A stretch of 64,000 nt of DNA from the human T2T-CHM13v2.0 reference genome, Homo sapiens, in assembly GCF_009914755.1 (NCBI RefSeq), contig NC_060929.1; one strand, 5' to 3'. The notes below the pieces were generated by a model, which saw only the letters and a program-made list of their open reading frames with translations, was not told where the DNA came from and did not search any database. The stretch's first letter is position 1. Each line of letters opens with the position of its first letter. This document shows, piece after piece, positions 24,700 through 38,302 of this stretch. The position numbers were made by a program, and so were the translations under genes.

Positions 24700-26354
24700 T
24701 GCCACCTATAGTTTTAATATACGATGACTGTTCCTGTCTTCTGGGGTCACCACTCCCTTATATCTAGGAAAGCAATCCAGGTAGCAGGAGATGCGAAGAC
24801 AAGTGGACCCACGGCATGCTAAAGCAACAACTACAGGCTCTATGGTGCCAGGCACCAGGCTGCAAACCAACGTGCACAAAAGAAAGTAACTAACCCAGAA
24901 AAATTGGGAAGAAGGCTACATAATTTAACCTGTGCAGAGATGAAGCTAAAAACTCCCAATGACTCTCTCCCTTGGCTGATGTAATAACTCATACAAAAAT
25001 ATGGGTTGGCAAGAAGTTAATCAAACCAACCCATTATCTGGAAAGAGTGTTCAAATTCTACTTGCTGCTTATGTTGTCTGAATTAGTCTTGAAAATAACC
25101 AGATATTATTTTTCGTTAAAAAAAAAAAGCAACAGAGATAGACACCAGGTCCACTGGCCTATTGTTCCACATTTAGAGTACATAACTAGAAGGCCCATTC
25201 TAGTCACCCCAATTGTATCCTTCCGTCCTGGAAGAGGATCTTCTCATGATTTTTCTTTTCTTCAAGTGATGTTCATCCCCTATTTATCCTAGTCTCTCTG
25301 CACTGACACTAATCTGCCTTGAAATTGGCTGATTCCGCTCGAGCCATGTTTACAGGAAAGTGAGTTTCATCAGGCCATCCTGTTCATAGACCAGTTTATG
25401 CTCCACAGCAGAGAGATTATTAAAAACTATATATTACGTGCATACACTTTAAAATGACTTGGGAAAGATAACTGTATCGTATCTGCATTTCATTGCCTGG
25501 GTTGTAGAAAGGGGCCAGGTAGCATTACAATCTTGAATGGAAATTGTTTCCCAAATATATTATCCTCTGTAAGAAACATTTAGCAACTGTTAGTGCCCAG
25601 GAGACAAAGGCTAAGGGGAAACAATGTGTGTAATAGAATGTAGAGAGGGATAGGAAGAGAGAGGAAAAAGACTCATTTAAATTATCAACCTGAGCATTAA
25701 CCACAAGGAGAGAAAAACAAATGTTCTATCTTTTGCACAAACATCAATTACGTCTAGTAATTTAGCTGATTCCTCTCACTGAACAGGTGCGCTGGCTGCA
25801 GTGCAAAGTGAAAAGCGTGCACACCACTCTGGCTTCTATAAAAGGTACCAAGGGTCCTCAACTTGCTCTAAAAAAAGGTTTCCAACATATCCTGGAACTG
25901 CCATTATTGACAGTTTAAGCCAAGCCCCTACCTGCTATGTGGCAGTATGAGAGTGAAACCCAGTCTAGAGACTTGCCATTTCAAGTGGCTGCAAATTGGG
26001 GGCAAAGAGAGTAAACTCAAAAAGAAATTATGGAGATGGACATGGATTTAGCTATGTAAAGCCAACTGAATTATGCTTGACAAGGGAAAGCAGGATGACT
26101 GAATTAAGATAACTACAAACGCTAAGCATAAGCAATCTATTTAACTTGCTCATAAGACCAAGCCCAAAATTGCTTAAAGAACCAGAATTGGTCATTTGAG
26201 TTTCATTCCCAGATCCTTTTCTATTCAGATCCTAAGAAAACAAAGTGACCGAAAGACCTAAAGCAAGTAGGGGGAAAAGGTATAATCAAGAGCCCTGCTA
26301 ATAGGCAAGTGAATTAAGCGGCTTCCAAAAAAACTAAAAACTGACTATAAACAT

Positions 26355-26374
26355 ATATACACACACACACACAC
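26355..26374. repeat. Short (CA)n microsatellite
   Basis: Directly visible. Confidence 0.75.
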
Positions 26375-26899
26375 CAACAAAGGAGTAAGTTACTCTTTGC
26401 CATAGTTAGCATTTAAAAACTGCAGAATGAAGTTGAAATACATGGAGTTTCTTCTGCAAAGAGGTACAATGCTAGTGAATGAAGCATCCACCAACTTGTT
26501 TCCCTGCAGCTCCCACAATGCGGAGTGAAAGAGGCCATTTATCTGTTTCTTTGTTATTTTATCATCATCATAAGAAAGAAAAAAGAAGGCCAGAGACAGC
26601 ATCCTTTAACACTCTTTGTTTACTCTCTACCTTGATTATTGATGTTGATTCTGGAAGAGGACAGGGGTTTCAGTGAAAACAATGGTCTCAGGTACTAAAG
26701 CATCTGTTCCACTGAGTTTTACCCGTGTGCTAAGAAAACTTAAATGACTTGGGTTTTTCTTCTTCTGCTTTTAGTTAAAATTCCAAAATATCTCCTTCTA
26801 GAAACCCTGCCAGAAAAAGTGCTCCTGCCTTTTCTCAAGAATGAATAGCTATATTCCCTTGTCTTATGTAAACACATGGACCGCAGAGAATTTACGTAA

Positions 26900-27105
26900 G
26901 ACCAGAGATACAGCCATTTGTCTTCCATGACTCTCATTGGAGACGGTGATTTGGATAGACAAATCATACTTCCATACCTTGTTTCCTCATCGGTATAAAG
27001 AGTAGCATAGTCATATTGAGCCATCTACCAAAGCAGGTAAGAGGACGAAAGAAATGGCTAAAGAAGGCTTTCAAGACCTTTAGAAAAAAATGCTAAAAGA
27101 AACAA
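26900..27105 (+). mobile_element. MIR fragment
   Basis: Core ccttgtttcctcatcggtataaag. Confidence 0.55.
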
Positions 27106-27278
27106 CTCATCTCCTCTCTTGGAGTAATTCCTTCCTATATTCTAAACTCTACCTTCCAAACAGCAACCTGAGGAAGAATAACATTCTTGGAATGCTTCCA
27201 AAGCAGTTCCATTAAGAGACAGAATTTGTAGTTCTGTGTCAAATGTTGGTGATCTAGGAACTCTAGATATAGACATAA

Positions 27279-27575
27279 TTTTTTTTTTTTTTTAGACAGT
27301 CTCACTCTGTCACCCAGGCTGGAGTGCCGTGGAATGGTCACAGCTCACTCAGCCTCAACCTCCTGGGCTCAAGTAATCCTTCTGCCTCAGCCTCCCAAGT
27401 AACTGGGACTAAAGGCATACACCACTAGGCTGAGCTATTTTTTTTTCTATTTTTTTGTGGAGACAGGGTCCTACTGTGTTGCCCAGGATAGTCTTGAACT
27501 CCTGAGCTCAAGTGATCCTCCCACCTCAGCCTCCCAAAGTGCTAGGATTACAGGAGTGAGCCACCACACCTGGCC
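27279..27575 (-). mobile_element. AluJ-type SINE
   Basis: Full antisense dimer; degenerate TSD atagacataattt / atggacatgattt. Confidence 0.95.
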
Positions 27576-27990
27576 TCATGGACATGATTTTATCTTAAAG
27601 GTAAATGGTGTACACACATAAAGGAAGAATCTTACTTGTTCCATAGTCATAAAGCTGGACAAAACTCACTGCAACCACAACTGCTTTCAGAAATTGTTTT
27701 GAGAAATAATGCAAACATAACTCCTTTAGTCATCTGGATAGTTTATGTGCCTGTATTTATGTGCATTTTCCACACCAATAATCATAGACGCTTGTAACCA
27801 GTTTGGTTCTTAATGCAAAAATTTTAACAGTTGTGTGGGTGGGTCAAGAGGGGAGTGTATGTGTGAAGCAAAGCTATCATTGTACATATTTTACTACCAT
27901 CTGTTGTTTCAATAATTTTTAATTACTTAACATGGAATTCTCAGTGCTGAGAATAAATTTTAAAGTAAGCTACCCTGATCAAATGTTTTC

Positions 27991-28046
27991 CACGTGTTTG
28001 GGTAGGGTGGGCTGGGAGGCAGGGGAGCTACAAAGATCAAAGGTCA
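27991..28046 (+). promoter_or_regulatory. Composite motif cluster (E-box, G4, TCF/LEF overlapping DR1/NBRE)
   Basis: CACGTG 27991-27996; GGGTAGGGTGGGCTGGG 28000-28016; AGATCAAAGGTCA 28034-28046. Confidence 0.35.
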
Positions 28047-28074
28047 CAAAGAGCCCTCAGCCAACATAGGTATC

Positions 28075-28290
28075 TTACACGGCTGGCACATAATGTTTTT
28101 AAAAACTTGAGCCAACATTTAAAAGTCAATGTGGAGATGGCCTAAAAATTTAGGTAACTAGCTTCTCATAAAAATATGGTAGCATCTGGCAACACTGTCC
28201 ATATTAACATTCATGCCCAGCCATAGAGCTGAACACCAGGTACCCCTGGAGGTGGGAGCTGTACTCTCCAGCTGACCACAGTCCCCACCT
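28075..28290. mobile_element. MER102-like hAT-Charlie remnant
   Basis: gccaacatttaaaa...gcttctc...atctggcaacactg matches a recalled MER102 segment. Confidence 0.5.
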
Positions 28291-28408
28291 CTCCCTATTC
28301 TTTCCACAGCATCCTATTTTCTTCCTTTGTGTTACCTGCTTTGCCTTTATTGGCATGTATGAGATCCCCTCATATAGATGAAGGAATTTAACCCATGGTA
28401 GATGCTTA

Positions 28409-28990
<582 letters not shown>

Positions 28991-30377
28991 AATGAGTCAA
29001 TGAAGAATCAAACATTAAATATCATTAGAGTAGGCAAGCCCAAAATATATTCCAGTTTATTTCCAAAGCAGTTACTTTTTGTACTATAAATTTTATAAAT
29101 GTATTCAAGTATATTTTCAAATAGATTTCCAACATTTAAAAATAAGTTTGTATAAACTTCAATTATACCAATGATCAATCTCCACTAAATCACAGTACAC
29201 TTTTGGTATATAAATTTGACCAAGAAGTCAACTGATGGATGCAAATACACCCCTCATTCTTCAGTAAAGTGAAGCGAAATATCACATGATTATTGGCAAC
29301 ATGGACATGCTTTAAATAGTCTATGAATACTCTCATGTTTTTAATCTGAAAAAAAGACCTCTCTCAAACTAGGCTTCTAAAATTACTTAAAAACTGGTCT
29401 CGATGTCGAGGAAATGAGACAGACCAACAATATGTTATCTCTTAGCTTTAAATTTATTCCATGCAGGTTAGGGGAGCACCAGGCCGCAGTCAGAACATGA
29501 CTGCCAAAGAGATGCAGGGACAGGCTCTTCAGAAAAGGAGGATCCTGGAGCTGGAATAGGACCTTTTCAATGTGAGCGAATCGGCATCTGTGAGCAGTGC
29601 TTGCAGTGGAGCTGTACACAGACAGGGAGGTGAAGTGAAATCTGTGACTGGGAGTAAGCCATCACACTTCCTAATGTCTCCACCCAAATGACAAGCCGGA
29701 GAGCCCACTGCCATTCTTTTCTGCGAAGGAATTCAGCTCACAAGCCATAGTGGAGACAGGAAAAGCCAAGCTTCTTTTGACTAATTTTTCTAAATAGCCA
29801 TGAGGAAGCAGTGATGAGGCAAAATCTGTCAAATTTAATGTTTCACAAAAGCAGCAGTGCAATATATTAAAAGAGATGTGAGAAACTAACCTCCAGAAGG
29901 GATTGTGGCATGAGATCTCTGCTCATGCTCCTAGTTAGCAGTTCTTATGTAACTGTTTGCTATGTCCATGGCTATACATCAGCACCTGTTTTGAAACAGC
30001 TCTGAGAGCAGCTGAGTGAGCCCATGACTGGAAGAAGATACTAATCAGATACAGAGACTCGACCCTTATGTGCACTCCTCATTGTCAATCATCCATCTGG
30101 GACTGTCAAAACAAGGCCAGTCTGTTTCCAGGAGCAGCATCTGCCCAGCACAGGACCGGACTTCAGTATCCAGGCATTCTGTGGCTTTGCACCAGGAGAA
30201 CAAATCTGTTCTTTCTGGAAGGAGAGGAGATTTCCAGCCAAACTGTTTGATGACTCTAACGTGGTCGATAATGCCAAGACTACGATAGGAAACAGCACTG
30301 CTTCTGACTTAAAGTCCAACCTGCTTATGGTTCCTAAGACATGTCCAGTTTTGTCAGAGATGTTCAAACCTCGAGAG

Positions 30378-30545
30378 CAGAGGGGCTCCACGCTGGCTGC
30401 ACATCAGAATCACCTAGGGAGCTTTCAAAACCACCAACAGTCTGGCCTCACCTGACTCAAATTAAATGAGGCTTTCTAGGGGTAGGTGCTAGCATCACCC
30501 TCACCCAAGGTGATTCTAAACATGCAGCCAGCATTGAACTATGGG
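30378..30545. mobile_element. MER5-family DNA transposon
   Basis: ggctgcacatcagaatcacctagggagc ... ccaaggtgattctaaacatgcagcc: the internal inverted repeat typical of MER5. Confidence 0.75.
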
Positions 30546-32549
30546 ACCGGAAGGATTAAAGTGAAAAAGGAAATAGAACCAGAAAGAAAATGTTAAAAGA
30601 AAAAGGCAGAATAAAAGACAGAATGTTGCTATAAAAGGATCCCACCACCACTATCAAATAATTACAAACTCACCCAAGATCTCCCACAATAGCTCAGATC
30701 TAATTCCTTTCCTGACCCAGCCATCATCTTCTTTCCACCTGAAAATCCTTCTGGTATTTATAATCCTTTTATTTTTAAGCTACTAAACTAGAATTACATT
30801 CTGCCTACTGGAGAATACTTGCTTCTCATAAAATAGTTATTTGATTAGTTAAAAAGGTGAGACAAGTCAAGGTATGTGCTTGTTCTCTCATTCCTTTTCA
30901 TGACTGGCTCTTCAAATAATTAAACTTGAATGGAAAAAAGGCATCTTGTTTCAAATAATACTGTAACCTGGGTATATCTACCTCATCAATACAAACTGAT
31001 TCATCTGTGCTAAAAATGCCACATTCATGATAGTGTTAAAAATTGTGAGGCTCTTTTATCAAAGACCAGTTAGGAAGGTAAGATGGATTGTTAAAGATTA
31101 TGTATGTAGACATCCATTCATAATCACCTTTTTAAAAATGTTGTAACTGAATGAGCCACTAAAGCTACACCAGGCTCATAATGAGGGGTAAAAAGAAGGG
31201 CTGCTGGTGGTACTGAGAGGCACAGAGACAGGAAAAGGAAGACAGAAAGGCAGTCTTCCAAGGCAGGGGGCAGGAGGAGAGGAAAAACTGAGCCAGGTCA
31301 CTGCAGGGTGTGGCAGTGAGAGGTTTGGATAAGTGTGCCAGCTGCTGTAATCACCACTATCCACAAGCCAAACCCTTACACATAAGCTCAGAGATTCAAC
31401 TTTTTTCAAAAGTTAATTTTTTAAAGCAAAACCCAAGTTAATAGAATGTTCCAGTAATCCCCTATCATCAAATTTTACTCAGTTGGTGGTGTGGAACTTC
31501 ATTTATTCATATTTTTAGCTACAAAGTCAGGGCCTGCTTTCTCCCAACCATTTTCTAATCCTTCCCCTTCACACAGCACTCCCCTGACAGGCCTTATAGG
31601 CCTGGGGAAATGGGAGCCCCCTGTTTTACCCCGTATGCACTGACCAGCACCGGTGAAATTACAACACCCAGGAATGAAATACAAATCATTATTCCCAAAT
31701 ACAGACAGCATTTAGGCCTTTCCATTGCTCAACCGTTCATTCTCATGACCTGGATACCAAAGCAGACCTTCTGGCCAAAACAGCGGCTAAGTGGGTGTGC
31801 CACTTTTTTTTATTACTGTATCTCATATCAGATAGTTTAATTTTGTGTAATTTGTGGTATATGGCTGGATTACAAGAAAAAACAAAATGAAATCAAAGAA
31901 AATATAGAAGAAGGAGGAAGTGGAGTCATTGGTCCCCCCTTTAGTAACCAAAAAAGTACACTATAAAAACCAAGATTGAACCTTTGGTTTAATTTTTTTT
32001 TTTAAACTTTGATTACACAGTTGGGTCGGTTTGAGAATATGGTAATAAGTATAACCTTTAGAATGAAAGGCAGGATGAGCAGATGGAACCTAATTAATAG
32101 TGAAATATTATTAATCTGTCTCCCTAAGAGGAAGAAAAGTCAGTCATATTTTACAAAGGAATTTCTCTGTACAAATTAATAAAATCAGACTTACTATACA
32201 ACAAGGGGCTCACTATGAAACAAATATGTTTGGTATAAACCTTTACCAAACCCCAATAATTAAAATCACTTCACCCTATCCTATAAAGCTTAAATATACC
32301 ATTAATATGAAGCTCAGTTGTTATATATCACCACATTTTTTTACATTCATAATTTAATAAATATTATTTACAGAAAAAGAAGCAATAACTCATTTTTGGG
32401 AAGCCGGGAAAGGGAAAGATAAAATTAATTTACTATAAACTCAACTTTATAATTTTCCTGAAATCATAAAACTTATTTAGAAAAGTGTTCACATCTGAGT
32501 AGCTTCCCTGCAATGCCGGGGGTAACACCCATTCCCCTCAGTGTCCACA

Positions 32550-32740
32550 AGGGATTAGAAGCCCAAGATTCGGAATCAGACAGACCCAGATTTCTTTCTT
32601 GTTTTGCTACTGCTAGCTGTGTGCCACATGCAAGTTAATTAAGTCTTTCAGTCCTCAATTTACTGATCTCTAAAATGGGGATAAAATACGCACTTCAAAG
32701 TGTCAGGCATCTACATACCCAATAAATGATACCTATTCAG
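32550..32740 (+). mobile_element. MIR
   Basis: ggaatcagacagacccag...gctgtgtg...ctctaaaatggggataa. Confidence 0.7.
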
Positions 32741-32979
32741 AGAAAAAGATATATAAACCTAAAAAAGCAAAAATGAAAAAGAACACATATTCATAGCTGG
32801 CAATAAGCAAAAGGCTTACATTTACTCCAAATATTTATTTTTTTAATTGCCTCAGAAAAAAATATTCCCTTCCTCCTATTTCTTGTCAAAACAAGATAGA
32901 AAAATAAAATTCAATGGGAAGCAGTACAGCTAACATTTTACTTAATACTACTTTGTTACAGGAAAATTCAATTTTCTTG

Positions 32980-33436
32980 TATTATTTTTTATTATGGCAA
33001 AAACATAAAATTTATCATTTTAGCCATTTTAAGTGTACAGTACAGTAGTGTTAATTATATGCACAATGTTTCCAACACATCTCTGAAACATTTTCATCAG
33101 CCAAAACTGAAACTCTATGCCCACTGAACAATAACTCCCCATTTTCCCCTTCACCTAATCCCTGGCAACCATATTTCCAGAGCTTGACTACTTTAGATAC
33201 CTCATATAAGTAGAATCATTTTTCTTTCTGTGTCTGGCTTATTTCACTTAGCATAATTTCCTGAAGGCTCATTTGAGGTGTAGCATATGACAGGATTTCT
33301 TTTTAAAGAGTGGATAATATTCCATGGTATATAAATATACGCCACATTTTCTTTATCCATTCATCCACGGATGGCCACCTAGGTTGCTTCCATCTCTTAG
33401 CTGTTGTGAATAATGCTGTAATGAAATGGATGTGCT
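32980..33436 (-). mobile_element. L1MB-type LINE-1 3' fragment
   Basis: ttttaagtgtacagtacagtag...ctggcttatttcacttagcataat...ttctttatccattcatcc...gtgaataatgctg. Confidence 0.88.
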
Positions 33437-33784
33437 ATTTCTTTTAGAAAGTGATGACTTTCCTTTTTTAAAAGTAATTTATTAATAATTTTGATAATTC
33501 AATCTTTGGCCTGCAAATATATACAAGTTATTTAACCTATAAAATTGAAATGTCTCTCTCTCCCAGCAAAAGGAGGTAGATGGAATTAGCAGGTTTTGAC
33601 AACACTCCTCCATTCTCCCCGTCCAAAGTAGACATGAGGAAAAAAAAATACTGAAAATTCTATTTTTGTCACCACTGAGACTTTACATTCTGAGAAAATC
33701 AACAAACTGTAACAGTCCTAAAATGAAATCTCATTGGCACTTCACTAGACAAAACAGAAAGTCAGTTGACAAAAATTGAATTAG

Positions 33785-33975
33785 GTGGATCAGGACCCCA
33801 GGACCCAAGATCCAACATTTAGCTCTGGTACCTAATAACTGTGTGGCTTTGAGCAAGTTACTTACCTTCTCTGAGCTTACTTCCTCACCTGTAAATTGAG
33901 GTTTAAAACACTCATTTCTTTCAGGACTGTTGCACTGATAAGAACCACGCACATAAAAACTGTTTTAAGAAATAC
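33785..33975 (+). mobile_element. MIR
   Basis: ctgtgtggctttgagcaagttacttaccttctctgagc...cctcacctgtaaa core. Confidence 0.75.
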
Positions 33976-34964
33976 GTCATTTTAAATTTGATTACAATAT
34001 TTTAAAAAGATCCATCAAAAATATTTAGTAAAGGGAATAAAAACTACTATTTAAATCATCTTAAAGCCTAAAATTAGCTATCGAAGTGAAATTATGTCCT
34101 ATATATCTACATACCATAAGGTATGCATGAGTAGGCAAAGACAGATAACATACACAGTCTCGTCTTGGTCAAATTTGGTTTCCATCAGACAACCTAACAA
34201 ATTCCAATGTAAGCTTCCACTCAGCCAACATTACTTGGAAATGGATTCATCTTCCGCAAAATTATTTCCTTCCACTGGCACTGACCCATCACCACAAAAA
34301 CATCATCTAGTTTTTTCAGAGCACTGAATTAGTAGCTGGATGCAAGAGCTGAAGAACGTCTTGAAACATGGCCATATTGTATCACACAGAATATAGCTTG
34401 GAAAAATATTACTTTTCACAAACAAAAAACTTGGCTAGAGAAAGGGGGGAGAGAAGATTAAAACAAAATATCTCCCAGAAAAAAAGTGTAGAAAAAGGAA
34501 TTGAAACAAAAACACTGAAAATTAAGTGTACTCAAGCCTTGTGTATTGTTGCTGCTTCCAGGAGATGAATTCTGAATATAACAAGATGAATTTCAACAGA
34601 CCGTGAACCAGAGATTTTCAACATGATAAAGGGGAAACGATATATATTCAATTTTTACAAGCACTGAGTGAGCAGAAAACTGAAAATTCTTCAGCTGCTG
34701 ATAATGCGCTGATAGAAGTGCATCCCCCGACAGAATTCCTAATGAACTGCCAGAAAAATGGAGAAGTATTAAACAAATGGAGAGACCTAATAATTATCTG
34801 TAAGCACACTAACATGGATCTCTAACAACTTCTGTAGTCATTTTCCTATTTTTAAATGAGATACTATTAAAGACCATTTGAATAATTTATTCAACCATTT
34901 ACGATAACTTTAAGAGTCTTCAAAGATAATAGAAAATCATAAAGTAATATATGTAGGAGATAAT

Positions 34965-35130
34965 GTAGAATACCTACTATTTATTGAGGTCCTACCACAT
35001 GTCAGATACAATGATAGGTGCTTCACATTCCTCCCCACTACCCCTCTCTCAGTAACAAAGAGGAAAAGACACAGTGTTATTATTCACATTTTACAGATCA
35101 GGAATCAGAGGAGTTAAATAATTTTCCTTA
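34965..35130 (-). mobile_element. MIR
   Basis: tatttattgaggtcctacc...ttattattcacattttacagatcagga. Confidence 0.65.
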
Positions 35131-35899
35131 CTGCAGTCCTGCCCTGAGTCCTGCATAATTTTTAACATCTTATCCATAATCACTGGCTCTGACACCAAAT
35201 TGAGTGGAAGAGTAAATACTCCAAAAGTGGAGAGGATAAGCAAAAAACTAAATTTCTCTATGAATGGAGGAAATTAAATTATAGGAAAAGACTAGTTATA
35301 CTTAATATAGAAAAATCAAGGTTCATAGTGGACCACAGACTCTGTGCAAAACCAGATGTGATGAGAAATAAGAAACAAAAGAAAGACTGGACAATGAAAC
35401 AGAATTATTTACTTGAAAAGTTTATAATCTTTCCTTTGGAAGGCTATGTACCCACAAAGCAACTTCTGAACCCATAAATACATACAGATAAACATACAGG
35501 TGGTCTTATAAAGGTCAGAATTCAGAATCAGAATTATGAACTCAGACCAGTATACTATGACACTAATTTTTTGCTCACGGCCAGTTATATTTAAATTCTC
35601 TACTCTTAAATCTCAATACAACATTTTTTCATGCTTTTTATCTAACATGCCGAATGATCTAAATGAAATTTTAATATTTCACTGTATGGCAAAATTCCAC
35701 AATGTTTAACTCTTTACATCTGACTGTGAACCATTTCTTTTGAATTACATTCATTCTCTCTTAGCTTAATTCACTGAGTTAAAGATGCTCAAACAGACCA
35801 GGACTGAGTCAAATGAAACACTAAACGCCTGGATTGGGGGCATCCTACAGTTCAAAGCATGGCTTCCCTAGTCAGGAAGTCACTGTGGATATATTAAGG

Positions 35900-36450
35900 G
35901 AAATAAAAACATGCATATTTGGTTTTTCTGTGACTTAAGAAGTCTACGAGGAAATGGGCACGGGAACCAGAGGATAAAGATCAGTAGACACATATTTGAA
36001 ATGATGTGTGTACAAGGTTATTCATTACAGCATTGTTTATACAGCAAAATACTGCAAACGATCCAAGGGTCCATCACTAGGGAGCTCCTAAACAAACTAT
36101 AGCACATCTATACAATAAAGTGGTAGGAAGTTGTAAAGAATAATGAGGAAGGTCTCTTTATCCAGGTATGGACATATTTCCAATTTAAAAAGCAAGATAC
36201 AGAACAGAGATATGCTCTGAGTATGATATGGTTTAAGTAAGAAAGTAGGGATTATAAAACATATATTTGCATATGCTTGCACAAAAATAGAATACTCAGA
36301 AAACTAATAAAAGTGGCTTCATATATGGGGCAGTGGGGAATAGGGTAATGGAGACAGGGACAGAAAGCAAGATTTCTCACTCTGTATCTTTTTCTATCAT
36401 GTTGCTGTTTGAACCTTCTGAATGTATTAACTACTAAAAAGTAAAATAAA
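35900..36450 (+). mobile_element. L1ME-type LINE-1 3' fragment
   Basis: tgtacaaggttattcattacagcattgtttatacagcaaaa...gtccatcactaggg...aaactatagcacatctatacaat. Confidence 0.75.
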
Positions 36451-36984
36451 TAGATCTACAGCCAATTAGAAATCGATAGAAAACTTTTTATAACATGTAG
36501 TAATCATAAATATCACTGCAGTCTAGAAAGATTTGTTAAATATTTTATGAAAAGTAGCTACCTATAGGGCATGGAACAAAACTTTAGGAATTTGATGAGA
36601 AAAGAAGAATAATTGCCAAAGTATGCTTCTAGGAAAATCCTACTGTAGTGCCATTGCTAGGAAGACTCCAGTGAGTTGCTCTCATTTTCAGAAATGCATC
36701 TCCGAGGCTGTGCCTTGCAGACACACAATGGCAGCTGCCTTTAGGCAGGTAGTTGGAAAAACCTGAAAGTACCTGCTATTGTCCAAAGCAGCAGCTTCCC
36801 TTCAGGACTCTCCTCAATCTCATGAATACCTTCCAAACTCAGTAAAAAGGAATGTGAAGTAGACAGATTCAAGAAATGAAAATTACAACAAAACCCAGAA
36901 TGACAGAAGAACCTGGATGCTAAAGTTCCCCTGATGTCATCCAGATATTGAATATGACTGATCAGTGCCATTTTGGGTTAATCA

Positions 36985-37165
36985 CAGGCTACTTCCCAGA
37001 GGAAGTGAATTTGAGCTAAGGTTTGAAGGTGACAGAAGGGAAATGAATGCCAAGTTAACAAGAGATGAATTGCAGTAAGATTTCACAGAGCTATGTGAAT
37101 AGATAGAACAGTGGCACAGAAGCTGAAATGTGGGCAACTGTAATGGCATGCATTTAAGGGAAATG
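36985..37165 (-). mobile_element. L2 fragment
   Basis: cttcccagaggaagtgaatttgagctaaggtttgaagg. Confidence 0.5.
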
Positions 37166-37332
37166 AATATAAATTACTCTTGGACGATGATCAGTTGGCT
37201 ACAAGATGTCAGTTACAACCTAAGAAGAGGAACTGTTGGCCACTGATGACTATTCACTAACGATTACAACCTAATATACTGTGGTAGCCCAGAGGCCAGC
37301 AATAAACTGAAGGTAATCAGCTAAGTTAATAA

Positions 37333-37641
<309 letters not shown>

Positions 37642-38128
37642 AAAAATGTTTCTCTCTTAATATACAATTCTGAAGTATGTTTAATCTGGTATCCCATCTT
37701 AAATCTGGACCTCACCCCGTGAAAAGCTGAGGACAGGTTAGAGGAGAGAAAGATTCCGTATCTTGATTAAGATACAGAAAAGCCCAGAAGACCTATAAAG
37801 ATTGAAAGCCCTTTGTCTAAAATAATGAAAGCTGAGACAAGCAATGATCAAGTTCTTGTTACCTTCAAACCTGGTAAATGTGAAAAATTAAAGCTAGCAG
37901 TCCCTATAAAGTATGTGGAAAACTTAGAGAACTCATCATCCCTAGATGAGATACATGCTGAATCTACAAGTAACTTCGAAAGAGGTTTAGATTGTTTCAT
38001 AGGAAAAGCATTCATAACATATTATTACTAGAAATCAGGACCATTCGTACTATGTTCCAAGGGAGGAGATCTTTGACTGTCCACAATGTTTTGGCCGCAT
38101 TGGCAAAGAACTCATGACGCAATCTTAC

Positions 38129-38302
38129 CTCTATCTCAGCTCCTATGTCAGCTGGCAGGGCTGACAGTGGGGACATTTCAAAGGAAGATAACGTAACCCA
38201 TAAAGCAGAGCGTTAGGGAAGCACAGAGTAATTCACTGCCAGTCTCTGCCCACCACTGTACTGGGCTGCACCATCTTCAGGACTGTAGAAGTAAGTGTAA
38301 CT
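38129..38302 (-). ncRNA. Candidate internal exon (174 nt)
   Basis: Acceptor ttttggttgttttctcag|AGTTAC and donor ATAGAG|gtaaga; alternative acceptor cttacttctacag would start the exon at 38282. Confidence 0.4.

Noticed and set aside
29383-29619. 78-aa minus-strand ORF ending at a donor-like TAA|gtaatt
   Set aside because: GTG start, no good acceptor and no recognisable homology.
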